This document shows, in pieces, positions 33,467 to 44,691 of a DNA stretch of 64,000 nt; the first letter of the stretch is position 1; each line of letters opens with the position of its first letter. The notes beneath the pieces are model-generated. The model was not told the DNA's origin. It was given only the letters and a program-made list of their open reading frames with translations, and did no database searches. Source of the stretch: an uncultured delta proteobacterium (GTDB lineage: Bacteria > Myxococcota > Myxococcia > Myxococcales > Myxococcaceae); contig CAVYSY010000032.1 of assembly GCA_963771175.1 (NCBI GenBank), positions 64,001 through 128,000 of the forward strand. Direction: 5' to 3'. A program made the position numbers and the translations under genes.

Positions 33467-34925
33467 CTACAGCGTCATGCGCACCGAGGCGAGCACCTGG
33501 TCGTTGCGATTGAAGTAGCCGAAGGCGCTGAAGGCCGGGCCGGCATACACCTCGGCCGCGAGCCCCACGGAGAGGTGCTCGGTCACGCGCCAGCCCACGC
33601 GCGGCGACACGAGGAAGGAGCGCTGGATGGGCTCGAAGCCACCGCGCAGCCCCACCTCCAGCCGGTCGTCCAGCAGCAAGTACCGCACGTCGGCCATCAG
33701 CAGGTGGAAGAAGGCCGCGCGCTCCTGGCCGCGCGCCGTGCCCGGCTCGAGCAGGAGGAGCAGCTCCTGTGCGCCCACGCGCGGCACCACGAGCCCGGTA
33801 TAGATGACGGAGTAGACGAGCTTCGACTCCTCCGCCTGCGACACGCCCACCACCCACGTCACCGCGGGCTTGCGCAGCGGGCGCGCCGGTCGCCATAGAA
33901 TGTCCGCGAGGGGCTGAAGCCCACGTCCACGTCGAGCTGCGCGGGCCCCACCAGCGTGCTCGCCTCGGCGGCCACCACGTGCTGGCGCGCGTAGCGGCCG
34001 GTGTAGAGCGACTCGCCCGCGCGCAGCCGGTCCTGCAGGGAGAGCAGCAGCGCCACGTCCGCCGGCTCACCGCGCTCCCGAGCGCGCAGCAGCGCATCCA
34101 GCTCCGGGTCGAGCGTCACCTGGGGCAGCTTCTCGTTGGCCCACACCCAGGAGCCGCCCAGCTTCACCCGGCCCACCTCACCGGTGACGCGCAGGCCCAC
34201 GTCCCCCGGCAGCCCGGGCCGCTCCGTCTCCAGCAGGTGCGGCTGCACCCAGCTCTCCACCGAGGCGTCCACGGGGAAGGGCACCGCCACCCCCAGCGAC
34301 GGCTGCAGCAATGCCAGGTCCTGGCCGAACACGTCGTAGCGGTTCGGGACGAAGAAGGGCGCCCACACGCCGGTGACGGTGAGCGGGCCCACGTTGGCGA
34401 GCGCCCGCGCGGCGAAGACGGGCAGCTTCAGGTCCTCCGGCTCGGGCAGCACGAGGCCCTGGCGGAGGTCCCGCGGGTTGAGGATGTCCGTGGGCGCGAA
34501 GAGGGCATTGGCCCCGAAGGCCAACGTCTGCTGCCCCACCCGCACGTCCACCCGCCGGGTGTAGAGGTCGATGAAGGCCTCGCCCAGGTACGGCTCGAAG
34601 GAGCTCTGGGCACGCTCGAAGCCCTTCTCGGCCCCGCCGCGCCAGAAGGCCCGCCCCTCCACCACCAGCCGCAGCGAGGGGCCCAGCTTCACGTCCGTGG
34701 CGAGCGAGGCCCGGCCCCACCCATCCACCACGTGCTCGCTGAGGCCGTCCTCCCGGCGAGGCTCGAAGCCGGTGTCCACGCCGCCCACCAGCCGTACGTC
34801 GCCACTCACCCGCACCTGGGGCACGACGGGCGCATCCGAGGAGAACTCCCGCAGCGGCGCCGCCCCCTCCTGCGGCGGAGTGCGAGCGTGGGCACCAGGG
34901 CCAGCAGTGTCAGCCCGCGTCTCAC
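33467..34925 (-). CDS. Putative outer-membrane beta-barrel protein (frameshifted)
   Basis: EAFIDLY..DVRVGQQTLAFG..PTDILNPRD; GTGA-coupled to upstream gene. Confidence 0.65.
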
Positions 34926-35701
34926 CCGCGCTCCAGGGCCCGCTCGGTGAAGGCCTCGTCGCCGAGCTGGACCTCCTCCAGCTTCAGCACCTCCAGCGTC
35001 GTGCTCGAGCCCGTCTGGAGGTTCTCCATCACCGCGCGCGAGGCGACCACCCGGTCCTTGAACTTCTGGAGCTGCTCGGCGCGGTACACCTTGAAGGGCT
35101 TGCCCTCGCGATCCGAGTACTCGGCCTTCAGCGGGACGTACGTCTCCTTGTCCACGTAGAGCGTCACCTCGCCATAGGGGGAGTCCGCCCCGGCCTGGCC
35201 GCGCAGCACGTAGGCGAGCCGGTCCAGCACCTTCGTCTCACCCGCCAGGCGGAGCGACTCGTCCCGCTCGGCGCCGGTGCCGCCCAGGTCCGCGTAGTTG
35301 AAGTCCGTGTCCATGAAGGACTGGCCCCGCTGCGTGCGCGCCACCTTCCGCACCCGCTTCAGCTTGGGCAGGTACAGCGAGATGTCCGCCGGCTCGCCCT
35401 TGGCCCCCTCCACGGTGAGCACCGCCACGCCCGCCACGCCCGCGGGCTGCGAGAAGCGCGCGAGCGAGTGCAGCCGCCCGTCCACCCGCTTCGCGGTGGA
35501 GGTGAGAACCTGATCCTTGCGTTGCCCCGCCTTCGTCACCGAGGAGAGCTTCAGCTCCGCCCGCAGGCCGAGCAGATTGAGGGCGCCCCGCTCGCGACTC
35601 CGGCGGGCGATGTCCGCGGCGGACTCCTCGGCGCGGGCGGGGGGGGCCACCAGGAGCGCCACCACCACGGCGCATAGCAGGGGAGCAAGGGGCTTCAGCA
35701 T
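34922..35701 (-). CDS. Outer-membrane lipoprotein-sorting (LolA-like) protein
   Basis: LYLPKLKRVRKV, SFMDTDFNYAD, FTERALER. Confidence 0.8.
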   Translation of the reverse strand: MLKPLAPLLCAVVVALLVAPPARAEESAADIARRSRERGALNLLGLRAELKLSSVTKAGQRKDQVLTSTAKRVDGRLHSLARFSQPAGVAGVAVLTVEGAKGEPADISLYLPKLKRVRKVARTQRGQSFMDTDFNYADLGGTGAERDESLRLAGETKVLDRLAYVLRGQAGADSPYGEVTLYVDKETYVPLKAEYSDREGKPFKVYRAEQLQKFKDRVVASRAVMENLQTGSSTTLEVLKLEEVQLGDEAFTERALERG

Positions 35702-35938
35702 GGGCGCGGACTCTATCCCGCCCACACCGGCCGTCAGCCCATCCCACACCCCCAGGAGGTTGGAGCCCCTCTTCCCTCCTTATATGCGGGATGCATCGGA
35801 CGGGCCCGCGGCCAACTGTCCGATAGACAACCGGACGGGCAAAACGCCTTCCTGCGGGAAAAGCCCTGTCATTTGGGGCAGATGCCCTCCTTGAGCACCC
35901 CGGGGGCGTTCTGCTATAGCTGTAAGGGGACCCGACCC

Positions 35939-37696
35939 GTGCTGAAGCTCATCATCGAAGACGACGAGGGGCGAAAGACCGTAGTCCCCTTCGTGCGGGA
36001 CGAGATCACTATTGGCCGTCAGGAGGGAAACACCATCCGCCTGACCGAGCGCAATGTGTCTCGTCACCACGCACGCCTGCTGCGCCAGAACGGGCACGTA
36101 CTGGTGGAGGACCTGGGCAGCTACAATGGAGTGCGCATCAACGGTGAGCGCATCCAAGGGCAAGCCCAGGTAGGGGATGGCGATCTGATCCAGATCGGTG
36201 ACTACGATCTGGCCCTGCAGAAGGAGGCCGCCGCGCAGGTGGGCGCGCCTACCATCCGGCTACCCGCCGCTGCCCTGCAGGCCGCCATGAATGATGCCTC
36301 GAGCGCCTCCGCCGAAGCGGAGGCCGACGAGGCCGACACCCCTGCGCCCCAGGAAGAGGACGACGCGCCCACGCCCGCCACGGCGGACCAGCGCCGGCAC
36401 TCCACCGCGGTGATCCGGATGGATCAGGTGGAGATGAACCGGTCGCGCAAGGTCGCGGCGTTGGACGCGGAGGAGGTGCCTCACCTGGTGGTGGTGAGCG
36501 CCGAATTCAAGGGCCAGGAGTTCGCCTGCCTCCGCACGGAGATGCGGATCGGCCGCACCGACGACAACGACATCGCGCTCGACCACCGCTCGCTGTCGCG
36601 CACGCACGCCAAGCTCGTCCGAGAGGACTCCGGCGAGTGGCGCATCATCGACATGCAGTCGGCCAATGGCATGAGCGTCAACGGCGAGAGCTATGCGCAG
36701 GCCCCGCTCGCGCACGGCGACCTCATCGAGCTCGGCCACGTGAAGATGCGCTTCGTCGGCCCCGGCCAGAGCACCGCGGGCTGCTGCACGAAGGCGCGGC
36801 GCGGAGCGCTTCCTCGAAGAAGCCGCTGCTGCTGGCCGTCGTGGGCGTGCTCCTGCTCGGCGTGCTCGGAGGCGCGGCCTGGTTCATGATGGGCCAGCCC
36901 TCGACCCCCGACGTCAAGCCGCCGCAGACGGCCGTGGTGGACAAGCAGCCCGAGCCGCAGCAGCCGCCGCAGACGCAGCCCGCCAACCCGGAGCCGGTTC
37001 AGAACACGGATCCCACCCCGGACCCGCAGCCCACCGAGCCCGCCATTCCGCAGCTCGCGGAGAAGCTCCAGAGCGCCCAGGCCGCCATCGAGGCGTTGGA
37101 CTTCGACAAGGCGGTGGACACGCTCGAGACCATCAAGGATGCCAACGGCCAGCGCCCCGCCGAGGCGGAGGAGCTGCTGACTCAGGCTCGGGCCGAGCAG
37201 CAGTTCCGGCAGAACCTGGACCTCGCGAAGAAGGAGTTCGCGGCGAACCGTCCCCAGGAGGCCCAGAAGTACCTCGTGGCCAGCGAGGGCACGCTCGCCT
37301 TCGCCGAGGAGCACGCCGAGCTGAAGCAGCAGGTGGAGGCAGGCCCTGGCGCCTCCGACGAAGCCCACCCCCAACAAGCCCGCATCGGGCACGGCGCGCC
37401 GCCCGACGGCGGACCAGTCCAAGCAGCTCTACGACGATGGCGTCACGCTGCTGCGCAAGACGCAGCTTCCCGAGGCCGAGTCCGTCCTGAAGAAGTGCAT
37501 CGCCATCGATCCCACCTACGCGCCCTGCTATCTCGTGCTGGGTACGACGGTGGCCCGGCGCAACCGGCCGGACGAGGGCGCGCAGTACTACCGCGAGTTC
37601 CTACGGCTCGCGCCGAACCACGAGATGGCGCCCAGTGTGAAGAAGCTGGTCGCCGACTACGACAAGAGCCAGAAACAACCGGGAGGCGGCAAGTAG
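35939..37696 (+). CDS. FHA-FHA-TM-TPR protein (frameshifts ~36790, ~37350)
   Basis: IGR..VSRHHA..DLGSYNG and IGR..LSRTHA..SANG; TM; C-terminal TPR. Confidence 0.8.
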
Positions 37697-37778
37697 CCCG
37701 AGGGAACCATCCTGCGCGCCACCCCCATGGCGCGAGTCCCGGGCTGCTGGCTTCCACCCCCCACAGGAGGAGAGGTCC

Positions 37779-38372
37779 GTGCAGATTCGTATCCTGGTGG
37801 TCGATGATGAGCAGGACAACTGCGACTACCTGAAGCTCGTCCTCATGCGTGAGGGCTATGACGTCGTCACCACGACGGACCCCACGAAGACGGTGGAGAT
37901 CCTCCGCAGCGCCGACTTCCACCTCGTCATCCTCGACATGATGATGCCGGTGATGTCCGGCACCGAGGTGCTGGAGCAGATCCGCAAGTACGACACCGAC
38001 GTCGCCGTCATCGTCGCCACCGCCTACCCGACGGTGGACACGGCCGTGGCCTCGCTGAAGAACCAGGCGAGCGACTACGTGAAGAAGCCCATGGAGCCGG
38101 ATCAGTTCCTCGGCGCCGTGCGCAACGCACTGGCGAAGAAGGGTCTGTCGCAGGATCCCGAGGCGGACCTGCACCGCGCCATCGGCCGCACCATCCGCGA
38201 CGCGCGCAAGACGCAGGACCTCACGCTCAAGCAGCTCGCGCGCCGCACCGGCCTGTCCGTGTCGCTGCTGTCGCAGATCGAGCGCGCCGAGTCCTCGGCG
38301 TCCATCTCGTCGCTCTACAAGATCGCCTCCGCGCTTCAACTCCGGATGGGCGAGCTCTTCGGCGACACCTGA
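37779..38372 (+). CDS. Response regulator with XRE-type HTH
   Basis: VVDDE, LDMMMP, KP receiver; LTLKQLARRTGLSVSLLSQIER. Confidence 0.9.
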   Translation: MQIRILVVDDEQDNCDYLKLVLMREGYDVVTTTDPTKTVEILRSADFHLVILDMMMPVMSGTEVLEQIRKYDTDVAVIVATAYPTVDTAVASLKNQASDYVKKPMEPDQFLGAVRNALAKKGLSQDPEADLHRAIGRTIRDARKTQDLTLKQLARRTGLSVSLLSQIERAESSASISSLYKIASALQLRMGELFGDT

Positions 38373-38393
38373 GCCGTCAGGGGGCGGCCAGCC

Positions 38394-39167
38394 TCACTGG
38401 CCGCGGAAGCGGGGCGTGCGTTTCTCCAGGAACGCCGCCCTGCCCTCCTTCGCGTCCTCGCTGGCGAAGGCCCGGGCCCGCACCTCGCGCAGGTGCGCCC
38501 GCTCCTCCTCGGACAGCGCCGGGCGCGCGAGCAGCCGGAAGGCCTCCTTCATTCCCGCCACCGCCAGCGGTGCCTGCGCGGCGAGCGTCCGGCACAGCTC
38601 CAGGGCACGCGCCTCGGCATCGGCCACCGGGAGGCACTCGTCCAGCAGCCCCCAGGCCAGCGCCTCCTTCGCATCCAGCCGCCGTCCGGTGAGGCAGAGG
38701 TTCTTCGCACGCGCCACGCCCACCAGCCGGGCCGCGCGCGTCAGCCCATCCAGCGAGTAGACGATGCCCAGCCGCGCCGGGGGCATGCTGAAGACGACGT
38801 CCTCCGCGCCGATGCGGAAGTCGCAGGCGGCCGACAGATCGAAACCGGCCCCGAAGGCCCACCCCTGCACCAGCGCGACGCTGGGAAGCGGCAGGGACTC
38901 CAGCCGCGAGAGACACGCCATCAGCGCGTCGTCCGGCAACCGGTCCTCGGTGGGCGCCGCCAGCAGGTTCAGGTCATAGCCCGAGCAGAAGGTGCCGCCC
39001 GCGCCCCGGATGAGGACGGCGCGCACCTTGCCAGGGGCCGAGGCCAGCGCCTCGTCCAGCCGGGCCACCTGGCCGTCATCGAGCGCGTTGCGCCGCGCCG
39101 GGTTGGACAGGGTGAGGACGCGGACGCCATCGTCCCGGTCTTCCACATGCAGGGAGGATGGCTGCAC
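38394..39167 (-). CDS. Enoyl-CoA hydratase family protein
   Basis: NPARRNAL, FCSGYDL, AFGAG, EGRAAFLEKR. Confidence 0.9.
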   Translation of the reverse strand: MQPSSLHVEDRDDGVRVLTLSNPARRNALDDGQVARLDEALASAPGKVRAVLIRGAGGTFCSGYDLNLLAAPTEDRLPDDALMACLSRLESLPLPSVALVQGWAFGAGFDLSAACDFRIGAEDVVFSMPPARLGIVYSLDGLTRAARLVGVARAKNLCLTGRRLDAKEALAWGLLDECLPVADAEARALELCRTLAAQAPLAVAGMKEAFRLLARPALSEEERAHLREVRARAFASEDAKEGRAAFLEKRTPRFRGQ

Positions 39168-39178
39168 CGCGCGTCCCG

Positions 39179-39391
39179 CTACTCGAGCACCACGAGGACG
39201 TCGCCCTCGTTGACCGACTGGGACTCCTTGCAGCGGATCTCCTTCACCGTGCCGTCCTCGGTCGCCTCCACGGGCATCTCCATCTTCATGGACTCGAGGA
39301 TGACGAGCGTGTCCCCCGCGGAGACCTTCTGCCCGACCTTGACCTCGATCTTCCACACCGTCCCGGTGATGTGCGCCGCCACGTCCGCCAT
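39179..39391 (-). CDS. Biotin carboxyl carrier protein
   Basis: ESMKME biotinylation motif. Confidence 0.9.
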   Translation of the reverse strand: MADVAAHITGTVWKIEVKVGQKVSAGDTLVILESMKMEMPVEATEDGTVKEIRCKESQSVNEGDVLVVLE

Positions 39392-39454
39392 ACGCTGTAC
39401 TCCTCGTCGGTGCTGCGTGAGCCCTGTGTGCTGCGTGGAAAGCCAGCTCCCTCG

Positions 39455-40804
39455 CTACGGCTTCGCGTGGTGCTCCAGGAAGCGCGTGTTCAGGTCGCCC
39501 GCGCGGAAGACCGGATCCTGCAGGATGCGCAGGTGGAGGGGGATGTTCGTCTTGATGCCCTCGACGCGGAAGCCCTGGAGCGCCTGGATGGAGCGCTCGA
39601 TGGCCTCGGCGCGCGTGGCGCCCGAGATGATGAGCTTGGCAATCATCGGGTCGTAGTTCGGCGTGACGGTGTTGCCCTCGGCGTAGCCCGAGTCCAGGCG
39701 CACGCCCTCGCCCGTGGGCGGCTGGAACACCTTGAGCGGGCCCGGCGAGGGGAAGAACTTCACCGGGTCCTCCGCGTAGATGCGGAACTCGAGCGCCGCC
39801 CCGCGCCGCTTCACGTCCTCCTGCTTCACCGTGAGCTGCTCGCCCGAGGCGATGCGGAGCTGCCAGCCGATGAGATCCAGGCCCGTGGTCAGCTCCGTCA
39901 CCGGGTGCTCCACCTGGAGGCGGGCGTTCATCTCGATGAAGTAGATGTCGCCGTCCGAGTAGAGGAACTCCACCGTGCCGGCGTTGGCGTAGCCGAAGGC
40001 CTTGGCCGCGGCGATGGCCGCCGTGAACAGCTTCTGGGCCAGCTCCGCGTTGCGCCCGTCCGCGAACAGCGGCGAGGGAGCCTCCTCCACCACCTTCTGG
40101 TGCCGGCGCTGGATGGAGCACTCGCGCTCCAGGCAGTGGATGAGGTGGCCGTGGTGGTCACCGAGAATCTGCACCTCGATGTGACGAGGGGCCGGGAAGT
40201 AGCGCTCGATGTACACGCCCTCGCGGCCGAAGGCGGCCTTCGCGCGATCCGTGCACTGGCGGAAGACCTTCTCCAGCTCGGCGGGGTCCTTGGCGGCGGC
40301 CATGCCGATGCCACCACCACCGCCCGCGGCCTTGCAGAGCACGGGGTAGCCGATGCGCTCGGCGGCGGCCAGCGCGGCGGCGACGTCCGGCAACACGTCC
40401 TCGGTGCCGGGAACCACCGGCACGCCGGCGGCGGCCACCAGCTTGCGCGCCTGGCTCTTGTCCTTCATCCGCTGCATGGCCTCGGGCGGCGGACCCACGA
40501 AGGTGATGCCGGCGGCCTTGCACGCGGTGGCGAACTCGGCGTTCTCCGACACGAAGCCGTAGCCCGGGTGGATCGCGTCGGCGCCGGTGGACTTCGCCGC
40601 GTCGAGGATGGCCTGGATGTTGAGGTAGCTGTCCTTGGCCGGGGCAGGCCCGATCCGCACCGCCTCATCCGCCTCACGAACGAAGGGCAGCTCCGCGTCC
40701 GCGTCCGAGTACACGGCCACGGTGGAGATCCCCATCCCCTTGGCCACGACCGCGATACGCCGGGCGATCTCACCCCGGTTGGCGATGAGCAGCTTCTTGA
40801 ACAT
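39455..40804 (-). CDS. Biotin carboxylase subunit of acyl-CoA carboxylase
   Basis: IANRGEIA, HPGYGF, ECSIQRRHQK, RLQVEHPVTE. Confidence 0.95.
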   Translation of the reverse strand: MFKKLLIANRGEIARRIAVVAKGMGISTVAVYSDADAELPFVREADEAVRIGPAPAKDSYLNIQAILDAAKSTGADAIHPGYGFVSENAEFATACKAAGITFVGPPPEAMQRMKDKSQARKLVAAAGVPVVPGTEDVLPDVAAALAAAERIGYPVLCKAAGGGGGIGMAAAKDPAELEKVFRQCTDRAKAAFGREGVYIERYFPAPRHIEVQILGDHHGHLIHCLERECSIQRRHQKVVEEAPSPLFADGRNAELAQKLFTAAIAAAKAFGYANAGTVEFLYSDGDIYFIEMNARLQVEHPVTELTTGLDLIGWQLRIASGEQLTVKQEDVKRRGAALEFRIYAEDPVKFFPSPGPLKVFQPPTGEGVRLDSGYAEGNTVTPNYDPMIAKLIISGATRAEAIERSIQALQGFRVEGIKTNIPLHLRILQDPVFRAGDLNTRFLEHHAKP

Positions 40805-40929
40805 GGCTGGCAACCCCTCCGATGTGAGGCGGGGCAACCTAAACTCCCCCTTGCGACCTGACAAGGAGACAACGCGCCGCCCGCCGGGAAGTTGCGGGCA
40901 TGTAGGATATTGGCGTAGCGTCCCTGGCC

Positions 40930-41307
40930 GTGAAGCCCTCCACGACAGGAACAGTGGTGGATCTCCAGGGAGCGCGCCGGGAGCGGCGACTGGAGATGTA
41001 CCGGGCGCGACTGGCCGAGCGCCTTCGCACCAACCGCGCGGCAATCGAGTCCCTCTACGAGGGAGGAACCCTCTTTTCGCCCCAGGGCACGCGCGCGGGT
41101 CGAGCCCTGCTCCGGGCCCATCAGGTGCTACAGCGCGCGAGCTCGCTGCTGGAGCAGCTCTCCGGCGACGGGGTGGTCCCCGCCCCGCGACTGCCCGAGC
41201 GCATCGAGGAGCTCTACCGCGAGGTGGACACGCTGCTGGCGCGCAGTGACGCGCTCTCCGGGCGTCACCACCGGGCGGCGAGCGTGGCCCGCCTCCCCGG
41301 GCGCTAG
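40930..41307 (+). CDS. Hypothetical protein
   Basis: GC3-biased ORF filling the gap. Confidence 0.65.
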   Translation: MKPSTTGTVVDLQGARRERRLEMYRARLAERLRTNRAAIESLYEGGTLFSPQGTRAGRALLRAHQVLQRASSLLEQLSGDGVVPAPRLPERIEELYREVDTLLARSDALSGRHHRAASVARLPGR

Positions 41308-41344
41308 CGAGAAGACCCCAGCCGCTCGGGCCGAGGCCCTTCCC

Positions 41345-42565
41345 TCACGGCATCTCCGTCTGGCCCTGGCGACGCAGGAAGGTGGGGATGTCGAACTGAT
41401 CCTCGTCCAGGGGCAGCGCCGCGTCCTTCACCACCGCGGTGCGCCCGGACAGCGAGCGCCCCTCCACGGCGGCCATCGTCCGCGTACCAGCCTTGGCGGG
41501 CACCAGGCTGGCCACTTCCTCGCGATCGCGAGCCGCGGTGAGCGAGACGGGCGCGGGCCGGGTGACGACCGGCACCTGCACCACCTGCGCCGTCGGGCGC
41601 CCCTTCGAATCCCTCGACACGAAGCCGGTGGCGATGATGGTGATCTTCACCTCGTCGGTGATGTTGTCGTCGATGAGCGAGCCGAAGATGATCTCCGCAT
41701 CCGGGTCGGCCGCGTCGTGCACCAGCGTGAGCGCCTCGTTGACCTCCTGGAGGGTCATGTCGCGGCCGCCGGTGATGTTGATGAGCAGGCCGGTGGCGCC
41801 GTCGATGGAGATGTCCTCGAGCAGCGGGCTGGAGATGGCCTGCTGCATCGCGTTGAGCGCGCGCTTGTCGCCGGTGGAGTGACCGGTGCCCATGAGCGCC
41901 AGGCCCTTGTCGCTCATGATGGTCTTCACGTCGGCGAAGTCGACGTTGATGTAGCCGTGGTACTGGATGAGGTCCGAGATGCCCTGGACGGCGTTGAGGA
42001 GCACCTCGTCGGCGCGCTTGAAGGTCTCCAGCAGCGGCATGGGCTCGTTGCTGAGGGTGAGCAGGCGCTGGTTGGGGATGGTGATGAGGGTGTCCACCGC
42101 GGCCTTGAGCTCCACGAGGCCCTGCTCGGCCTGCTTGCGGCGCTTGTTGCCCTCGAAGAGGAAGGGCTTGGTGACCACGCCCACCGTGAGGCAGCCGAGG
42201 CTCTTGGCGATGTCCGCGATGATGGGCGCCGCGCCCGTGCCGGTGCCACCGCCCATGCCGGCGGTGACGAACACCATGTCCGCGCCCTCGAGCATGGCGG
42301 CGATCTGATCGCGCGACTCGAGCGCGGCCTCGCGGCCCATCTCCGGGTTGGCGCCAGCGCCGAGGCCCTTGGTGAGGGTCTGGCCGATCTGCAGCCGCAC
42401 CGGCGCCTTGTTGGCCGCGAGCGCCTGCACATCGGTGTTGGCGGCAATGAAGTCGACCCGCTCAAGCTTCGCCATGATCATCGTGTTGACCGCGTTACAG
42501 CCGGCGCCACCGACGCCGACGACACGAATCTTTGCGGCCTGCTTGTTCTGGTCGAACTGGTCCAT
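41345..42565 (-). CDS. ftsZ: Cell division protein FtsZ
   Basis: GGGTGTG, INVDFAD, C-terminal DIPTFLRRQ. Confidence 0.98.
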   Translation of the reverse strand: MDQFDQNKQAAKIRVVGVGGAGCNAVNTMIMAKLERVDFIAANTDVQALAANKAPVRLQIGQTLTKGLGAGANPEMGREAALESRDQIAAMLEGADMVFVTAGMGGGTGTGAAPIIADIAKSLGCLTVGVVTKPFLFEGNKRRKQAEQGLVELKAAVDTLITIPNQRLLTLSNEPMPLLETFKRADEVLLNAVQGISDLIQYHGYINVDFADVKTIMSDKGLALMGTGHSTGDKRALNAMQQAISSPLLEDISIDGATGLLINITGGRDMTLQEVNEALTLVHDAADPDAEIIFGSLIDDNITDEVKITIIATGFVSRDSKGRPTAQVVQVPVVTRPAPVSLTAARDREEVASLVPAKAGTRTMAAVEGRSLSGRTAVVKDAALPLDEDQFDIPTFLRRQGQTEMP

Positions 42566-42835
42566 GTGTTTCCTTCTTTCAGCGCAGGTCGCGCGTGCCC
42601 GCGCGCGCCGCTGCAACCACCATCTTCAGCAAGTCGCGATCTTTGGCAAGTTCTCAGCTACGAACCTGTAGCGCTACGTGGCGGTCCCGAGTCGTCACAG
42701 GCACTTACGCGGGAGCACCACCACCTCACCGGTGCGGTGCGGTAGGAGCAACTCACCTCTTGACTCGCGAACTGAGGGAGCGGGAACCCACGTTTCGGAC
42801 ACCGCGGGGGACAGGACACCTCGTAGGCTGGAGCG

Positions 42836-42851
42836 GTTCGAGTCCTTTGAC
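42836..42851 (+). repeat. Island motif copy 1
   Basis: GTTCGAGTCCTTTGAC. Confidence 0.7.
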
Positions 42852-42867
42852 CCAGAGCCCCTCGCCC

Positions 42868-43906
42868 ATGCCTGATTCCCCCGGCTCGCCCACCGAGGCA
42901 GTCCTCCACGCCACCCGGCGCTACCTGCGCGCGTCCCCCTCGGCGGCACTGTGCGTGGGCATCACCCACCGCGGAGTGCACCACGTGCAGGCCCTCCGTC
43001 ACGAGGGGACACCCGCCGCCGCGGATTCCCTGTACGAGCTGGGCTTTCTCACCCAGGTCTTCACCGGCACCCTCCTCGCCCTGTTGGTGGACCGGGGCGA
43101 GGCGAGGCTCGATACGCCCCTGAAGGAGCTGCTCCCCCAGCCGCTCCTCCCGGATGAGAGCGCTGGCCGCATCACGCTCGAGCAGCTCGCGACGCACACC
43201 TCCGGCATGCCGCACGACCCGCCGAACCTGCGGTCCCCACAGCAGAACCCGGCCGACCCCTACGGCCACTACAGCGCGGAGCTGTTCGGGGCCTTCCTGC
43301 GGAGCTACCACCCCCAGCACCCGCCGCCGCGAAAGCACGCCGAATCCATCATCGGCATGGGCGTGCTCGGGCACGTCCTCTCCCGCCGTCTGAGACTCAA
43401 CTACGGGCACGCCGTGCGGGACCACCTCAGCACGCCGCTGCGGCTCGGCGACACCACCGCCGTCCGCCTCTCCGAGGAACAGGAGCGGCGCCTGCGTCCC
43501 GGCCACTCCGCTCGGGGCCTGCCGGTGCCGGGTTGGACCTTCCCGTCGCTGCCCGGGGCGGGAGCGATCCGCTCGACGGTGCCCGACCTGCTGCGCTTCC
43601 TCGATGCGAACCTCAGATCCGGAGGCCGGGCTCGGTCGGGCCCTGCGGCTCACGCACATCCCGCGCGCGGAAGCCCGCGGCATGCGCGTGGGGCTCGGGT
43701 GGAACATCTCCGACGTGGGCGGCAAGCCCGTGGTGTGGCGCTCCTCGGTGACGGGCGGCTACGCCGGCTTTATCGGCTTCTCGGCCGAGGCGGACGCCGG
43801 TGTCGTCATCCTGTCGGACCACACCAGGTCCTTCCTCGACTCGCTCCGCAAGCGGGTGCCCGTCGAGGAGCCCGGGTTCACGCTCCTCTCCGGATACCTT
43901 CGCTAA
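42868..43906 (+). CDS. Serine hydrolase/beta-lactamase-fold protein, catalytic motifs degenerate (frameshift ~43615)
   Basis: ITLEQLATHTSG, GAGAIRST, G.TGGY-like; SxxK reads FLTQ. Confidence 0.75.
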
Positions 43907-43917
43907 CCCCCGAGGCT

Positions 43918-44499
43918 TCAGGGGAGCCGGAGCGTCCGCACCATCTCGTCCAGGACGGCCTTGTTGCCCGCATAGTCGAGCCCGCGCACCGTCAGGGTGC
44001 TCGCGCGGACGACGGAGTCACCATCACCGATGGCATAGACGTACTCGCGGGTGCCCGGGGGCAGCATCTGCGAATCCGAGGTGGCCCGCACCTCCAGGCG
44101 CACCGCGGGGCGGCCGGCCACTGTCAGACGCTCTTGCTGGAGCACCACGTAGCCGGAGCCGGTGGAGCCCTGGACGAAATCATCGAGCGAAACGGGCTCT
44201 CGCTTCACGGAGACGGCCACGGGAGGCTCCTCGGTGCCCGGCTGCACGTCGAAGGGCGTGGGGTGGAAGAGGCGGCAGGGCTCCACGCCGTTGCCTTTGT
44301 TCGCTCTCCACGCCGAGGGATAGGCAATCGAGTACCGGCCAGCGGGGTTGGAGCACCGGGTGAGCGAGGGCTCTGGAGGACGAGTCGCCTCCACCCGCTG
44401 GCGAGCACACCCGCTCGCGGCGAGCACGGCGGCGGAGAGGACGAGGAGACGCGCCGCGAGAGCCACACGAGAGCACCGGTTCGAGAGCACCATCCGCAT
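43918..44499 (-). CDS. Lipoprotein, PsbP-like
   Basis: LAASGC lipobox; YSIAYPSAW...LDEMVRTL. Confidence 0.65.
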   Translation of the reverse strand: MRMVLSNRCSRVALAARLLVLSAAVLAASGCARQRVEATRPPEPSLTRCSNPAGRYSIAYPSAWRANKGNGVEPCRLFHPTPFDVQPGTEEPPVAVSVKREPVSLDDFVQGSTGSGYVVLQQERLTVAGRPAVRLEVRATSDSQMLPPGTREYVYAIGDGDSVVRASTLTVRGLDYAGNKAVLDEMVRTLRLP

Positions 44500-44691
44500 T
44501 GCCACACCTCCAGCCCGAAGGGCCGCTTGGGGGGAACGAGGCATGGTAGGCGGGCGAGAACGGGGAAGAAGGGCCCGAAGCCCGGAGACGTCCGAAAGAG
44601 CAACGAAGCCCATGAGCCTCGCATGAAGGTGTCGGACATCGCGGAGGGGAGGACACCTCGCGGGCACACAGGCCCGGCTATGCTCGGGCAC

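Noticed and set aside
42780..42860. GGTTCGAGTCC resembling a tRNA T-arm or tRNA att site
   Set aside because: No cloverleaf, acceptor stem or CCA could be built; treated as a copy of the island motif.
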